Positions 1 to 7,719 of a stretch of 28,438 nucleotides of DNA are shown piece by piece. Both the position numbers and the translations under genes were made by a program. Position 1 is the stretch's first letter, and each line of letters starts with the position of its first letter. The notes under the pieces are model-generated. The model saw only the letters and a program-made list of their open reading frames with translations. It was not told the DNA's origin and searched no databases. The DNA comes from an uncultured bacterium (GTDB lineage Bacteria > Edwardsbacteria > AC1 > EtOH8), in NCBI GenBank assembly GCA_963780225.1, contig CAWAAX010000023.1, positions 1-28,438 of the forward strand. Reading direction: 5' to 3'.

Positions 1-235
1 GCATATTATTGCCGCCTTGATTGACGGGCTCCCTTGCGTCCAGTCCTGAGCGGCTCGACTGAGCTCGCCGAAGTCCTGTCGAAGGAAGCTACCACCGCCG
101 CAGCGGGGTCCCGCCCAAGGCGGGACAGGCGCACATTGTTGCTTTTTGGGTCTTGATCATTGGGATCGCCTCATCAAATCATGCTTCAATCCCATAAGCC
201 ACAAATCCCGATCATCCATAACCTGTTCCCTAAGT

Positions 236-311
236 TGGTCGGGGTGCCCAGACTCGAACTGGGGGCTTCTTGCTCCCAAAGCAAGCGCGCTACCAACTGC
301 GCCACACCCCG
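236..311 (-). tRNA. tRNA-Pro (anticodon TGG)
   Basis: Reverse complement CGGGGTGTGGCGCAGTTGGTAGCGCGCTTGCTTTGGGAGCAAGAAGCCCCCAGTTCGAGTCTGGGCACCCCGACCA folds as a cloverleaf: CTTGC/GCAAG anticodon stem with TTTGGGA loop, GTTCGAG T-loop, encoded CCA end. Confidence 0.97.
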
Positions 312-331
312 CTTTAAAACAGGAACCTGTA

Positions 332-361
332 ATTATATAACACTTTTGCCGGCGATGTCAA
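332..361 (-). promoter_or_regulatory. sigma70-type promoter of tRNA-Pro
   Basis: TTGACA (361-356), 18-nt spacer, TATAAT (337-332), about 20 nt upstream of the tRNA. Confidence 0.8.
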
Positions 362-394
362 GCAATACCGGGGGTTCGATCCCGGCCCGGACAT

Positions 395-1015
395 TCAGGC
401 CGCGGGGCAGTTGTGCCGGTCATGGCCCGACAGGCTGGCGATCAGCGGAGCGATCTTCTTCAGGGCCAGGGTCCGGTGGCTGATCCCGTTCTTCTCTTCC
501 GGCGAAAGCTGGGCCATGGTCTTCCCGTATTGCGGCAGCCAGAACACCGGATCGTAGCCAAAGCCGTTCCCGCCCCGGGGCTGGTCTGTGATCCGGCCCT
601 CTATCTTCCCCTCGGTAAAATAGGCCCGGTTGTGGTTGGAGACCAGGGCCATGGTGCAGACGAAGCGGGCGGTCAGTTTTTCCGGGGGCAGGCCTTTGAG
701 CTCGGCCAGCAGCTTTTGGATGTTCTTTACGGGGTCGGCCTCCTCCCCGGCATAGCGGGCGGAGTGCACCCCCGGGCGGCCCTGCAGGGCGTCCACCTCC
801 AGGCCGGAGTCGTCGGCCAGGGCCCAGCAGCCGGAGTGATAGGCCGCGGTCTGGGCCTTAAGCAGGGCGTTGTCGGCAAAGGTCTTTCCCGTCTCCTCCA
901 CCTCCGGGTACTCCGGAAGATCATTCAGGCTCAGGAACTCCACCCCGTCCACTTTAAGGATCTGGGAGATCTCCCGAAGCTTGTGTTCGTTCCTGGTGGC
1001 GATGACTATCTGCAT
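395..1015 (-). CDS. rdgB: XTP/dITP diphosphatase (RdgB/HAM1 non-canonical purine NTP pyrophosphatase)
   Basis: ATRNEHKLRE, EETGKTFADNALLKA, ADDSGLEVDAL, PGVHSARYA, GFGYDPVF, KNGISHR motifs. Start moved to MQIVIAT (1015); the ORF extension to 1084 runs into a repeat. Confidence 0.95.
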   Translation of the reverse strand: MQIVIATRNEHKLREISQILKVDGVEFLSLNDLPEYPEVEETGKTFADNALLKAQTAAYHSGCWALADDSGLEVDALQGRPGVHSARYAGEEADPVKNIQKLLAELKGLPPEKLTARFVCTMALVSNHNRAYFTEGKIEGRITDQPRGGNGFGYDPVFWLPQYGKTMAQLSPEEKNGISHRTLALKKIAPLIASLSGHDRHNCPAA

Positions 1016-1027
1016 AATGGCGTTGAT

Positions 1028-1151
1028 AAATTTCAAAAATGAAAAGCTAAATCCTAAACAAAACCCAATGATCAAAGGATCCAATTCACAGGCTGTTTGA
1101 GATTTATGATTTTTGCCTTGTTTAGAATTTCGATATTAGTGTTTAGAATTT
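1028..1151. repeat. AT-rich imperfect inverted element built from heptamers (same family as 27284-27594 and 27636-27767)
   Basis: Shares CTAAATCCTAAACA on the left arm and TTGTTTAGA...TTTAG(A/T)ATTT on the right arm with the 27.6-kb copy. Confidence 0.65.
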
Positions 1152-1163
1152 GCCGGCTTCGGG

Positions 1164-1868
1164 TTACCTAAGGTACTTCCACACCAGGAAGATGATGGCC
1201 CCCCAGCCCCCCAGCCCGTGGCAGATGGCCGCGGCCCAGATGTTTTTGGTGTGCTGGGTCAGCCAGGCCAATATCAGCCCGCTCAGGAACACCAGCCCCA
1301 CCAAGGGCAGGCCGGGCAGCCCCGGCATCAGGAAGCCCACCGTCACCAGGTGGTAGAAGGTGAACAGCAGGGCCGAGATCAGCACCGTTTTGGTTTTGGA
1401 GAATCTCAGGCTTAACAATCCCTGCAGGCCGGCCCGCCAGTAAAGCTCCTCGCCTACGGGGACGATGATCCCCACAAACAGAAAGAACTGCCAGAAACTG
1501 TAGCGCAGGGCCTGGCTCTGGGCCAGGCGCTGGGAGCAGGCCTGCAGCATGTTCCCGGAAACGGCCTGGGTGAAGAACATGGTCCCCAGCACCAGTATCA
1601 GGGCCGCCGCTCCCAGGGCCGATGATATCCCCCAGGCCAGGCTCTTTAGAATATTCCGGGGCCCCATCACCAGCATTGATCTTAACCGGAAGGCCCTGAT
1701 CATCCAGTAGGCTCCGCCGTAAAATATCAGGCAGCAAAGTATGATGGCCAGCCAGGCGTCGTTCAATATCCACAGCCCCAGCCAGTTGGCCAGGGCCGGG
1801 GCCAGGGTCAGGGCCGCCAGCAGAAAGTCGATGGCCGGGCGGGAATGTTTATTCCGGTGTTTGTTCAT
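1164..1868 (-). CDS. CPBP (CAAX/Abi) family intramembrane glutamic/metalloprotease
   Basis: Multiple TM segments; EELYWR (EExxxR), FTFYH (FxxxH) and AAICHG motifs. Confidence 0.88.
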   Translation of the reverse strand: MNKHRNKHSRPAIDFLLAALTLAPALANWLGLWILNDAWLAIILCCLIFYGGAYWMIRAFRLRSMLVMGPRNILKSLAWGISSALGAAALILVLGTMFFTQAVSGNMLQACSQRLAQSQALRYSFWQFFLFVGIIVPVGEELYWRAGLQGLLSLRFSKTKTVLISALLFTFYHLVTVGFLMPGLPGLPLVGLVFLSGLILAWLTQHTKNIWAAAICHGLGGWGAIIFLVWKYLR

Positions 1869-2826
1869 CCATATCCCCCTGATGCCGGTGAATGGAGTTT
1901 TGGAGTTTTTCCAGCAGGCCCAGCACTTCCTCCCTGGTCTCGGCCCGCATCAGTTCCTGGCGCAGGGCGGCCGCCCCGGGAATGCCCTTGATGTACCAGC
2001 CCAGATGCTTGCGCATTTCCCGGAGGCCCCGGGGCTGGCCCTTGTCGGCCACCGCCATCTCTATATGCTGGATTATGACCGCCAGCTTTTCCGGCCAGCT
2101 TACTTCATATTCTGATTTTTGATTTCTGATTTCTGAATTTAGGCAGTCGTTGATCTCGGCAAACAAAAAGGGATTGCCCAGGGCCGCCCGGCCCACCATC
2201 ACCAGGTCGCAGCCGGTCTCCTCCGCCATCCTTGCGGCGTCGGCCCCGCTCTTGACATCGCCGTTGCCGATCACCGGGATCTTGACCGCCTGCTTGACCC
2301 GGCCGATCACCGCCCAGTCGGCCGAGCCGGCGAACATCTGGCTTTTGGTGCGCCCGTGGACCGCGATGGCCGCGATGCCGCTGGCCTCAAGTATTTTGGC
2401 GATCTCCACCGCATTCTCGGCCCCCACCTCCCAGCCGCTCCGGATCTTGGCCAGCACCGGACGGGACGAGGCCTGGACCGCGGCCGCGGCGATCTGCCCC
2501 ACCAGCTCCGGCTCCTTTAGCAGGGCCGAGCCGCCCCCGTTCTTGACTATCTTGGGGGCCGGACAGCCGAAGTTCAGGTCGTAGAAATCGGGGGCCAGGG
2601 GCTCCAGCCAGGCCACCGCCTCGGCAAAGGCCTGGGGCCTCTTGCCGAAAAGCTGAAGGGCCACCGGACGCTCCTCCTCCCGGAACCCGGCCATCCTCAG
2701 GGTCTTGCCGTGATGGCGTGACAAGGCCTCGGTGGAAAGCATCTCGGAATATACCAGGGCCGCTCCGTGCCGGCGGCATATAACGCGAAAGGCCGAATCG
2801 GTGATGCCCGCCATGGGCGCCAGCAC
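1849..2826 (-). CDS. dusB: tRNA-dihydrouridine synthase DusB family
   Basis: LAPMAGITD, DLNFGCP, GGGSALL, KIRSGW, VHGRT, IGNGDV, MVGRAALGNP, MRKHLGWY. True start may be upstream (see findings). Confidence 0.93.
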   Translation of the reverse strand: MLAPMAGITDSAFRVICRRHGAALVYSEMLSTEALSRHHGKTLRMAGFREEERPVALQLFGKRPQAFAEAVAWLEPLAPDFYDLNFGCPAPKIVKNGGGSALLKEPELVGQIAAAAVQASSRPVLAKIRSGWEVGAENAVEIAKILEASGIAAIAVHGRTKSQMFAGSADWAVIGRVKQAVKIPVIGNGDVKSGADAARMAEETGCDLVMVGRAALGNPFLFAEINDCLNSEIRNQKSEYEVSWPEKLAVIIQHIEMAVADKGQPRGLREMRKHLGWYIKGIPGAAALRQELMRAETREEVLGLLEKLQNSIHRHQGDMDEQTPE

Positions 2827-2921
2827 CGCCCGGCCCTTTAAGTTGGCTGATGTCTAACGCAGTTCCCAAATTGTATCCTGAATTATTTTGGTGAATGAAA
2901 TCCGGCAGCAAGAGAAAGATC

Positions 2922-3257
2922 GTTATAAAAATAAATGACTATCTATCTTGCTTAGGAAAAGTAGAAAGTATGTACAGGATATAGTAATAATCCTAATTTA
3001 GCCCGATTATGTTCTTTTCTTTTTGTGCCGCCAAAAAGCAAAGAACCAAAAGAAAAAGCTCGTCGCTGAAAACTCTCCGGGCGTTGCGCTTCTCGTTGAT
3101 GGCGGGCTTGTCTGAACTCGGGCTTTGGCCAAGCCCTCAAACACGCCAGACAAGCATTTTCCGCCATCAACTGCGATGCTCACTGATCGTTTTAACGCGA
3201 CAACCGGGGTTGGCACCTATTGTTCTCCATGTCTCCTGAGCTGATTGGATAATCATT
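2922..3257 (+). repeat. Structured dispersed element, copy 1 (compact form)
   Basis: Homologous to 20614-21149; long nested stems GTTGATGGCGG/CCGCCATCAAC, GCTTGTCTG/CAGACAAGC, GGGCTT/AAGCCC. Confidence 0.85.
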
Positions 3258-3316
3258 ATACCATTTTTTGAAATGCGATCTGTGGGATCAGCATCCCGTT
3301 TGGTTTTCTAAAATGC

Positions 3317-4345
3317 CTACTCCCGGTTCTTCTGCCATATCTTAAGAAACACCCAAACCATGATAATGAAAATTATGGCCAGGATGGAAATCAGCCGGCG
3401 GTCGGCCGAAACCGCCATGATGGCCAGTACCGACAAGAAGAAAGTGCTGCCGTACAGGAACATCACCGCCCCCTGGTGGGAAAATCCCGCCGCCAAAAGC
3501 AGGTGGTGGATGTGCTCCTTGTCGGCCTGGTAGAATTTCTGGCCCCGCCGGGTCCGCCGCAGCACCGCCTTGACGGTGTCGAATATCGGCACGCCCAGGG
3601 CAGCGATGGGCAGCAGCAGGGAGATGGCGGCCACGCTCTTCATGGTGCCCAGAGTGGTCATGGCCCCGAACAGGAAGCCGATCAGGGTGGCTCCGGAGTC
3701 TCCCAGAAATATCTTGGCCGGATGAAAATTGAACGGCAGGAATCCCAGCAGGCTCCCCAGCATCAGGATCGAGGTCAAAGCCACCAGCGGCTGTCCGGTC
3801 TGTTCGGCCACAAAGAAGATGGTGAGGGCCACGATGGCGCTGACCCCGGCGGCCAGCCCGTCCAGGCCGTCCAAAAAGTTGAGGGCGTTGATCAGGAACA
3901 CTATCCAAAGGGCGGTGAAGGGATAGCTCAGCAGGCCCAGCTCCAGCCTTCCGCCCAGGGGATTGGGCAGCATGGTGATCAGGAACCCCCCCCAGATCAA
4001 AACCCCGGCCGCCGCAAACTGCACTAAAAACCTTAGGGCCACCGAGGCGTCCTTGAGGTCGTCGTACAGCCCGATGCCAAAGATCATCAGCCCTCCCAGG
4101 GTTAAGGCTAAAAGCTTCCGGTCCATTGATTCGAATACCTGGGGCCATAAGCCCCTGGCCAGCCACAGACAGATGAAAAATGACGCCGCCAGGGCCGCTC
4201 CGCCCAGGCAGGGAACGTCTTTTTGGTGGACCTTGCGCAGGCCGGGACGGTCAAAGACCTTGTACCTGACTGACAGGGCCATGGCCAGAGGAGTCAGGCC
4301 CAGGGCCAGCATGGCCGCCCCGAAAAATGAAAAGAGATAGTGCAT
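3317..4345 (-). CDS. Undecaprenyl-phosphate GlcNAc-1-phosphate transferase (WecA/TagO, glycosyltransferase family 4)
   Basis: DRPGLRKVH, PCLGG, GLYDD, NALNFLDGLDGLA, FNFHPAKIFLGDSG, DKEHIHH; about 10 TM helices. Confidence 0.93.
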   Translation of the reverse strand: MHYLFSFFGAAMLALGLTPLAMALSVRYKVFDRPGLRKVHQKDVPCLGGAALAASFFICLWLARGLWPQVFESMDRKLLALTLGGLMIFGIGLYDDLKDASVALRFLVQFAAAGVLIWGGFLITMLPNPLGGRLELGLLSYPFTALWIVFLINALNFLDGLDGLAAGVSAIVALTIFFVAEQTGQPLVALTSILMLGSLLGFLPFNFHPAKIFLGDSGATLIGFLFGAMTTLGTMKSVAAISLLLPIAALGVPIFDTVKAVLRRTRRGQKFYQADKEHIHHLLLAAGFSHQGAVMFLYGSTFFLSVLAIMAVSADRRLISILAIIFIIMVWVFLKIWQKNRE

Positions 4346-4364
4346 AACTTTTTATGTGTTTACC

Positions 4365-4398
4365 AGAATGCCGCCCCGGTTCAAAGGGACGGCATTCT
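4365..4398 (-). terminator. Stem-loop after gcvPA (possible terminator or stabiliser)
   Basis: AGAATGCCGTCCC-loop-GGGGCGGCATTCT on the minus strand, 13-bp stem with one G.U pair; no U tract. Confidence 0.45.
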
Positions 4399-4410
4399 AA
4401 GCTTGATGAT

Positions 4411-5727
4411 TTAACCGTTGATCTTTGAGGCCAGCAGGTCCAGTTCCTCTTTGGTCCTCTTTTCGGTGACCGCCAGCATCAGGTGTCCCTTTAATTCTGG
4501 GTAGAACTTCTCCAGGTCCAGGCCCCCCAGGATCCCGTCCTTCTTTAATTCTTCCAGCAGTTTGGCCACAGGCTGTTTGGGCTGGATCACGAATTCCTTG
4601 AAGAAGGGTGCGGCGAAGGCCGGCTTCAGTTTCTGGGAGAGATAATGGCTCTTCTGCAGGCAGAGCTCAGCCACCTGCTTTATTCCGGTGCGGCCCATCA
4701 GGGAAAGGTAGACCGCGGCGGCCAAAGCGCACAGGGCCTCGTTGGAGCAGATGTTGGAGGTGGCCTTTTCCCGGCGGATGTGCTGCTCCCTGGTTTGCAG
4801 GGTCAGCACCGCCCCCTCCTGCCCCTTGGCGTCGGTGGTCAGGCCCACCAGCCGGCCCGGCATCAGGCGAAGAAGATTGGTTTTGACGGCGAACAGCCCC
4901 AGATAAGGCCCGCCCAGGTTGGTGGGCATGCCCAGGGGCTGGCCCTCTCCGGTGACGATGTCGGCCCCGTATTCCCCCGGGGTCTTTAAAAGGCCCAGGG
5001 AAATGGGATCGACCGAGACCGCCAGCAGCGCCCCAGCCTGGTGGGCCAAGCCTGAGATCTCGTCCATCTGCTCCAGGTGGCCGAAGAAGTTGGGATGCTG
5101 GACCAGCACTCCGGCGGTGTTCGGACTTAAGGCTTTTTTAAGGGCTTCCAGGTCGGTGACCCCGTCCTTGAAGCCGATCTCAATTATATCTATCCCGGCC
5201 CCGCCGGCATAAGTGGCCAGGACCTGACGGTAGGCGGGATTGACCGTCCGGGCTACTATCAGCTGTTTGCGCTTGGTGTGGTTGCAGGCCAGCACTCCGG
5301 CCTCGGCCAGGGCGGTGGCCCCGTCGTACATCGAGGCGTTGGCGGCGTCCATGCCGGTCAGGGCGGTGATCAGGCTCTGGAACTCCCAGATGGCCTGGAG
5401 CGTGCCCTGGCTGACCTCGGCCTGGTAGGGAGTGTAGGCGGTGTAGAATTCGGATCGCAGCAGGATGTGGTCTATGGCCGCCGGGATGTAGTGGTCATAG
5501 GCCCCGCCGCCCAGGAAGGATATCTGGGATGAGGCCGGATGGTTCTGCCCGGCCAGGCTTTTGACCTCTTTGACCGCTTCCATCTCGGACAGGGCCTGGG
5601 GCAGCTTCAGTTCGGCCTTGAGCCTTATCTCCGCCGGGATGTCGGCTATCAGCTCGTCAAAGCTCTTGACCCCGATCCGTTTGAGCATGGCCTGGCGATT
5701 CTGGTCGGTATTCGGTATGTATGGCAT
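4411..5727 (-). CDS. gcvPA: Glycine dehydrogenase (decarboxylating) subunit 1
   Basis: MPYIPNT, FLGGGAYDHYIP, YTAYTPYQAEVSQG, NASMYDGATA, LQTREQHIRREKATSNICSN, AVTEKRT; 438 aa fits the split P-protein alpha subunit. Confidence 0.97.
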   Translation of the reverse strand: MPYIPNTDQNRQAMLKRIGVKSFDELIADIPAEIRLKAELKLPQALSEMEAVKEVKSLAGQNHPASSQISFLGGGAYDHYIPAAIDHILLRSEFYTAYTPYQAEVSQGTLQAIWEFQSLITALTGMDAANASMYDGATALAEAGVLACNHTKRKQLIVARTVNPAYRQVLATYAGGAGIDIIEIGFKDGVTDLEALKKALSPNTAGVLVQHPNFFGHLEQMDEISGLAHQAGALLAVSVDPISLGLLKTPGEYGADIVTGEGQPLGMPTNLGGPYLGLFAVKTNLLRLMPGRLVGLTTDAKGQEGAVLTLQTREQHIRREKATSNICSNEALCALAAAVYLSLMGRTGIKQVAELCLQKSHYLSQKLKPAFAAPFFKEFVIQPKQPVAKLLEELKKDGILGGLDLEKFYPELKGHLMLAVTEKRTKEELDLLASKING

Positions 5728-5737
5728 TCTTCTTCCT

Positions 5738-5778
5738 AACGGTTTGAAACGGTTTCAAACGTTCGAACGGTTTGAAAT
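5738..5778. repeat. Degenerate 9/10-mer repeat (TTTGAAACG-like)
   Basis: AACGGTTTGAAACGGTTTCAAACGTTCGAACGGTTTGAAA; related tract inside the GT2 gene at 28172-28206. Confidence 0.75.
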
Positions 5779-5788
5779 TGTTCAGGGT

Positions 5789-6175
5789 TTAATGTCCGTG
5801 CTTTTCCATCTTGTCGTAACCGGCGGCGTCCATCAGATTGGCGGCCTCGGCGGCATTGGAGATCCTGATCTTGACCATCCAGCCGGCGCCGTAGGCGTCC
5901 TTGTTGACCACATCCGGGGTCCCTTCCAGTGATCCGTTGACCTCGGTGACCTCGCCGGACAGGGGGGCGTTAAGGTCGGAGACCGCCTTGACCGCCTCCA
6001 CCGTTCCCAGCGGCTTGTTCTGGGAAACCTTGGCGCCGATGGCCGGCAGTTCCACGAAAACGATGTCCCCCAGCTCGCCCTGGGCAAAGTCGGTGACGCC
6101 GATGGTGGCGATGTCGCCTTCGATCCGGGCCCACTCGTGGCTGGCGGAGTATTTCAGGTCCTTGGGAATGTTCAT
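5789..6175 (-). CDS. gcvH: Glycine cleavage system H protein
   Basis: LKYSASHEW, GVTDFAQGELGDIVFV, VEAVKAVSD (lipoyl lysine), VNKDAYGAGW; GGAGG RBS upstream of ATG 6175. Confidence 0.97.
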   Translation of the reverse strand: MNIPKDLKYSASHEWARIEGDIATIGVTDFAQGELGDIVFVELPAIGAKVSQNKPLGTVEAVKAVSDLNAPLSGEVTEVNGSLEGTPDVVNKDAYGAGWMVKIRISNAAEAANLMDAAGYDKMEKHGH

Positions 6176-6262
6176 TGGTTCCTCCAAAATTTTAAATATA
6201 TTATTTTTAAGATTTTATCCATTCGAAAGCAAAGCAAGGTTGTTCATCTCAGGACAGGTTTT

Positions 6263-7363
6263 TTATTTTTTAATGGAGCTGTTCTTCCAGAACGGGGTTT
6301 CGGCCACCTTGGCCGGCACCATCTTGCCCCGGATCTCCACCTGGAAGGGCGTGCCAATAGCCGAGAACTCGGCCTTGATGTACCCGGTGCCGATGCCCTT
6401 GGCCACGGAGGGCGAGAAGACGCCGCTGGCCACTTCGCCTATCTGGGCGCCGTCCTTGAACATCTTGTAATGCTGGCGGGGGAAGGCGTTGCCCTCCAGC
6501 TCGAACCCTATTAGTTTTCGTTTTACTCCTTCTGCCTTCTGCCTTAGAAGAACATCCCTGCCGTTGAACTCGCCGGCCTTTTTGAGCTTGGTGATCCAAC
6601 CCAGGCCCGCCTCCAGCGGCGAGGTGCTTTGGTCGATGTCGTTGCCGTAGAGGCAGTATTTCATCTCCAGCCGCAGGGAATCGCGGGCTCCCAGGCCGAT
6701 GGGCCGCAGGTCGAATTCCTTCCCGGCCTGGAACAGGGCGTTCCAGATCTGGTCGGCGTGCTTGATGTCGAAGTACAGCTCAAATCCGTCCTCGCCGGTG
6801 TAGCCGGTGCGGGAGACCAGCATCTCTATTCCGTCCACCTTGCCGGTGCCGAACCAGTAGAACTTCATGCCGGAGAGCTTCAGGTCGCAGATCTTCTGCA
6901 GCAGCGGCTCGGCCTTTGGCCCCTGCAGGGCCAGCTGGGCCACCCGGTCGCTGGTGTTGGTCAGGGTGACATCGAAGCCCTTGGCCTGCTCCTGAAGCCA
7001 GGCAAAATCCTTGGCCAGGTTGGAGGCGTTGACCACCAGGAAATAATGACCGGGGTAGCGGTAAACCAAAAGGTCGTCCACGATCCCGCCGTCCTTGTAG
7101 CACATGGCCGAGTACTGGACCTGGTTGACCTCCAGGGCCGCCGGATCGTTGACCGTGCAGTAGGACACGAACTTCAGGGCCTCGGGTCCTCTCACCTCGA
7201 TCTCGCCCATGTGGGAGACGTCGAACAGCCCAACAGCCGAGCGGACGTGGCGGTGCTCCTCGATGATCCCCTGGTACTGCACCGGCATCAGGAACCCGGC
7301 GAAGGGCACCATCTTGCCCCCGGCCTTGACGTGATGTTCGTAAAACGGGGTCTTGTTCTCCAT
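6263..7363 (-). CDS. gcvT: Glycine cleavage system aminomethyltransferase T
   Basis: KTPFYEHH, GLFDVSHMGE, LVVNASN, LALQGP, SRTGYTGEDGFE, GLGARDSLRLE. Confidence 0.97.
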   Translation of the reverse strand: MENKTPFYEHHVKAGGKMVPFAGFLMPVQYQGIIEEHRHVRSAVGLFDVSHMGEIEVRGPEALKFVSYCTVNDPAALEVNQVQYSAMCYKDGGIVDDLLVYRYPGHYFLVVNASNLAKDFAWLQEQAKGFDVTLTNTSDRVAQLALQGPKAEPLLQKICDLKLSGMKFYWFGTGKVDGIEMLVSRTGYTGEDGFELYFDIKHADQIWNALFQAGKEFDLRPIGLGARDSLRLEMKYCLYGNDIDQSTSPLEAGLGWITKLKKAGEFNGRDVLLRQKAEGVKRKLIGFELEGNAFPRQHYKMFKDGAQIGEVASGVFSPSVAKGIGTGYIKAEFSAIGTPFQVEIRGKMVPAKVAETPFWKNSSIKK

Positions 7364-7434
7364 GGTTGCTCCCTAAAGATATATTATGATTTTTGGTTTT
7401 GCAAAGAAAGGAATTCTGCCGGACATAAACTGTT

Positions 7435-7463
7435 ATTATAGCCTATAGCCAAGCAATTTTCAA
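7435..7463 (-). promoter_or_regulatory. sigma70-type promoter of the gcv operon
   Basis: TTGAAA (7463-7458), 17-nt spacer, TATAAT (7440-7435). Confidence 0.75.
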
Positions 7464-7583
7464 TTGAAAATAACAAATAACTTTCAGTCTGTTTACAAAG
7501 ATTTCCTGCCTTCCTGCCAGCCTGCCGCAGCTTTAGCGGAGGCAGGGATTCCTATGCTCAGCGTCATAAATCGCAACACCACG

Positions 7584-7670
7584 CGTCATTCCCGCACTTC
7601 ATTACATTCAGTGTAAACTCCAGCGGGAATCCACGAAAACAATGGATTCCGGGTCAAGCCCGGAATGACA
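7584..7670. repeat. Inverted pair of GTCAT-tagged palindromes, the first interrupted by an inserted segment
   Basis: CGTCATTCCCGC[ACTTCATTACATTCAGTGTAAACTCCA]GCGGGAATCCA followed by TGGATTCCGGGTCAAGCCCGGAATGACA. Confidence 0.85.
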
Positions 7671-7719
7671 AGCTACATAAGACTTATGTCGTCGTGTATA
7701 ATAAGGTTTCCCAGACTGC

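Noticed and set aside
236..311. tRNA-Pro as an island attachment site
   Set aside because: No duplicated tRNA 3' end or integrase in the window; sequence downstream of the tRNA is mostly outside it.
2952..3239. Short ORFs with a RAWPKPEFRQAR peptide (also 20848-21030)
   Set aside because: They arise from the repeated structured element; starts, stops and frames are not conserved between copies.
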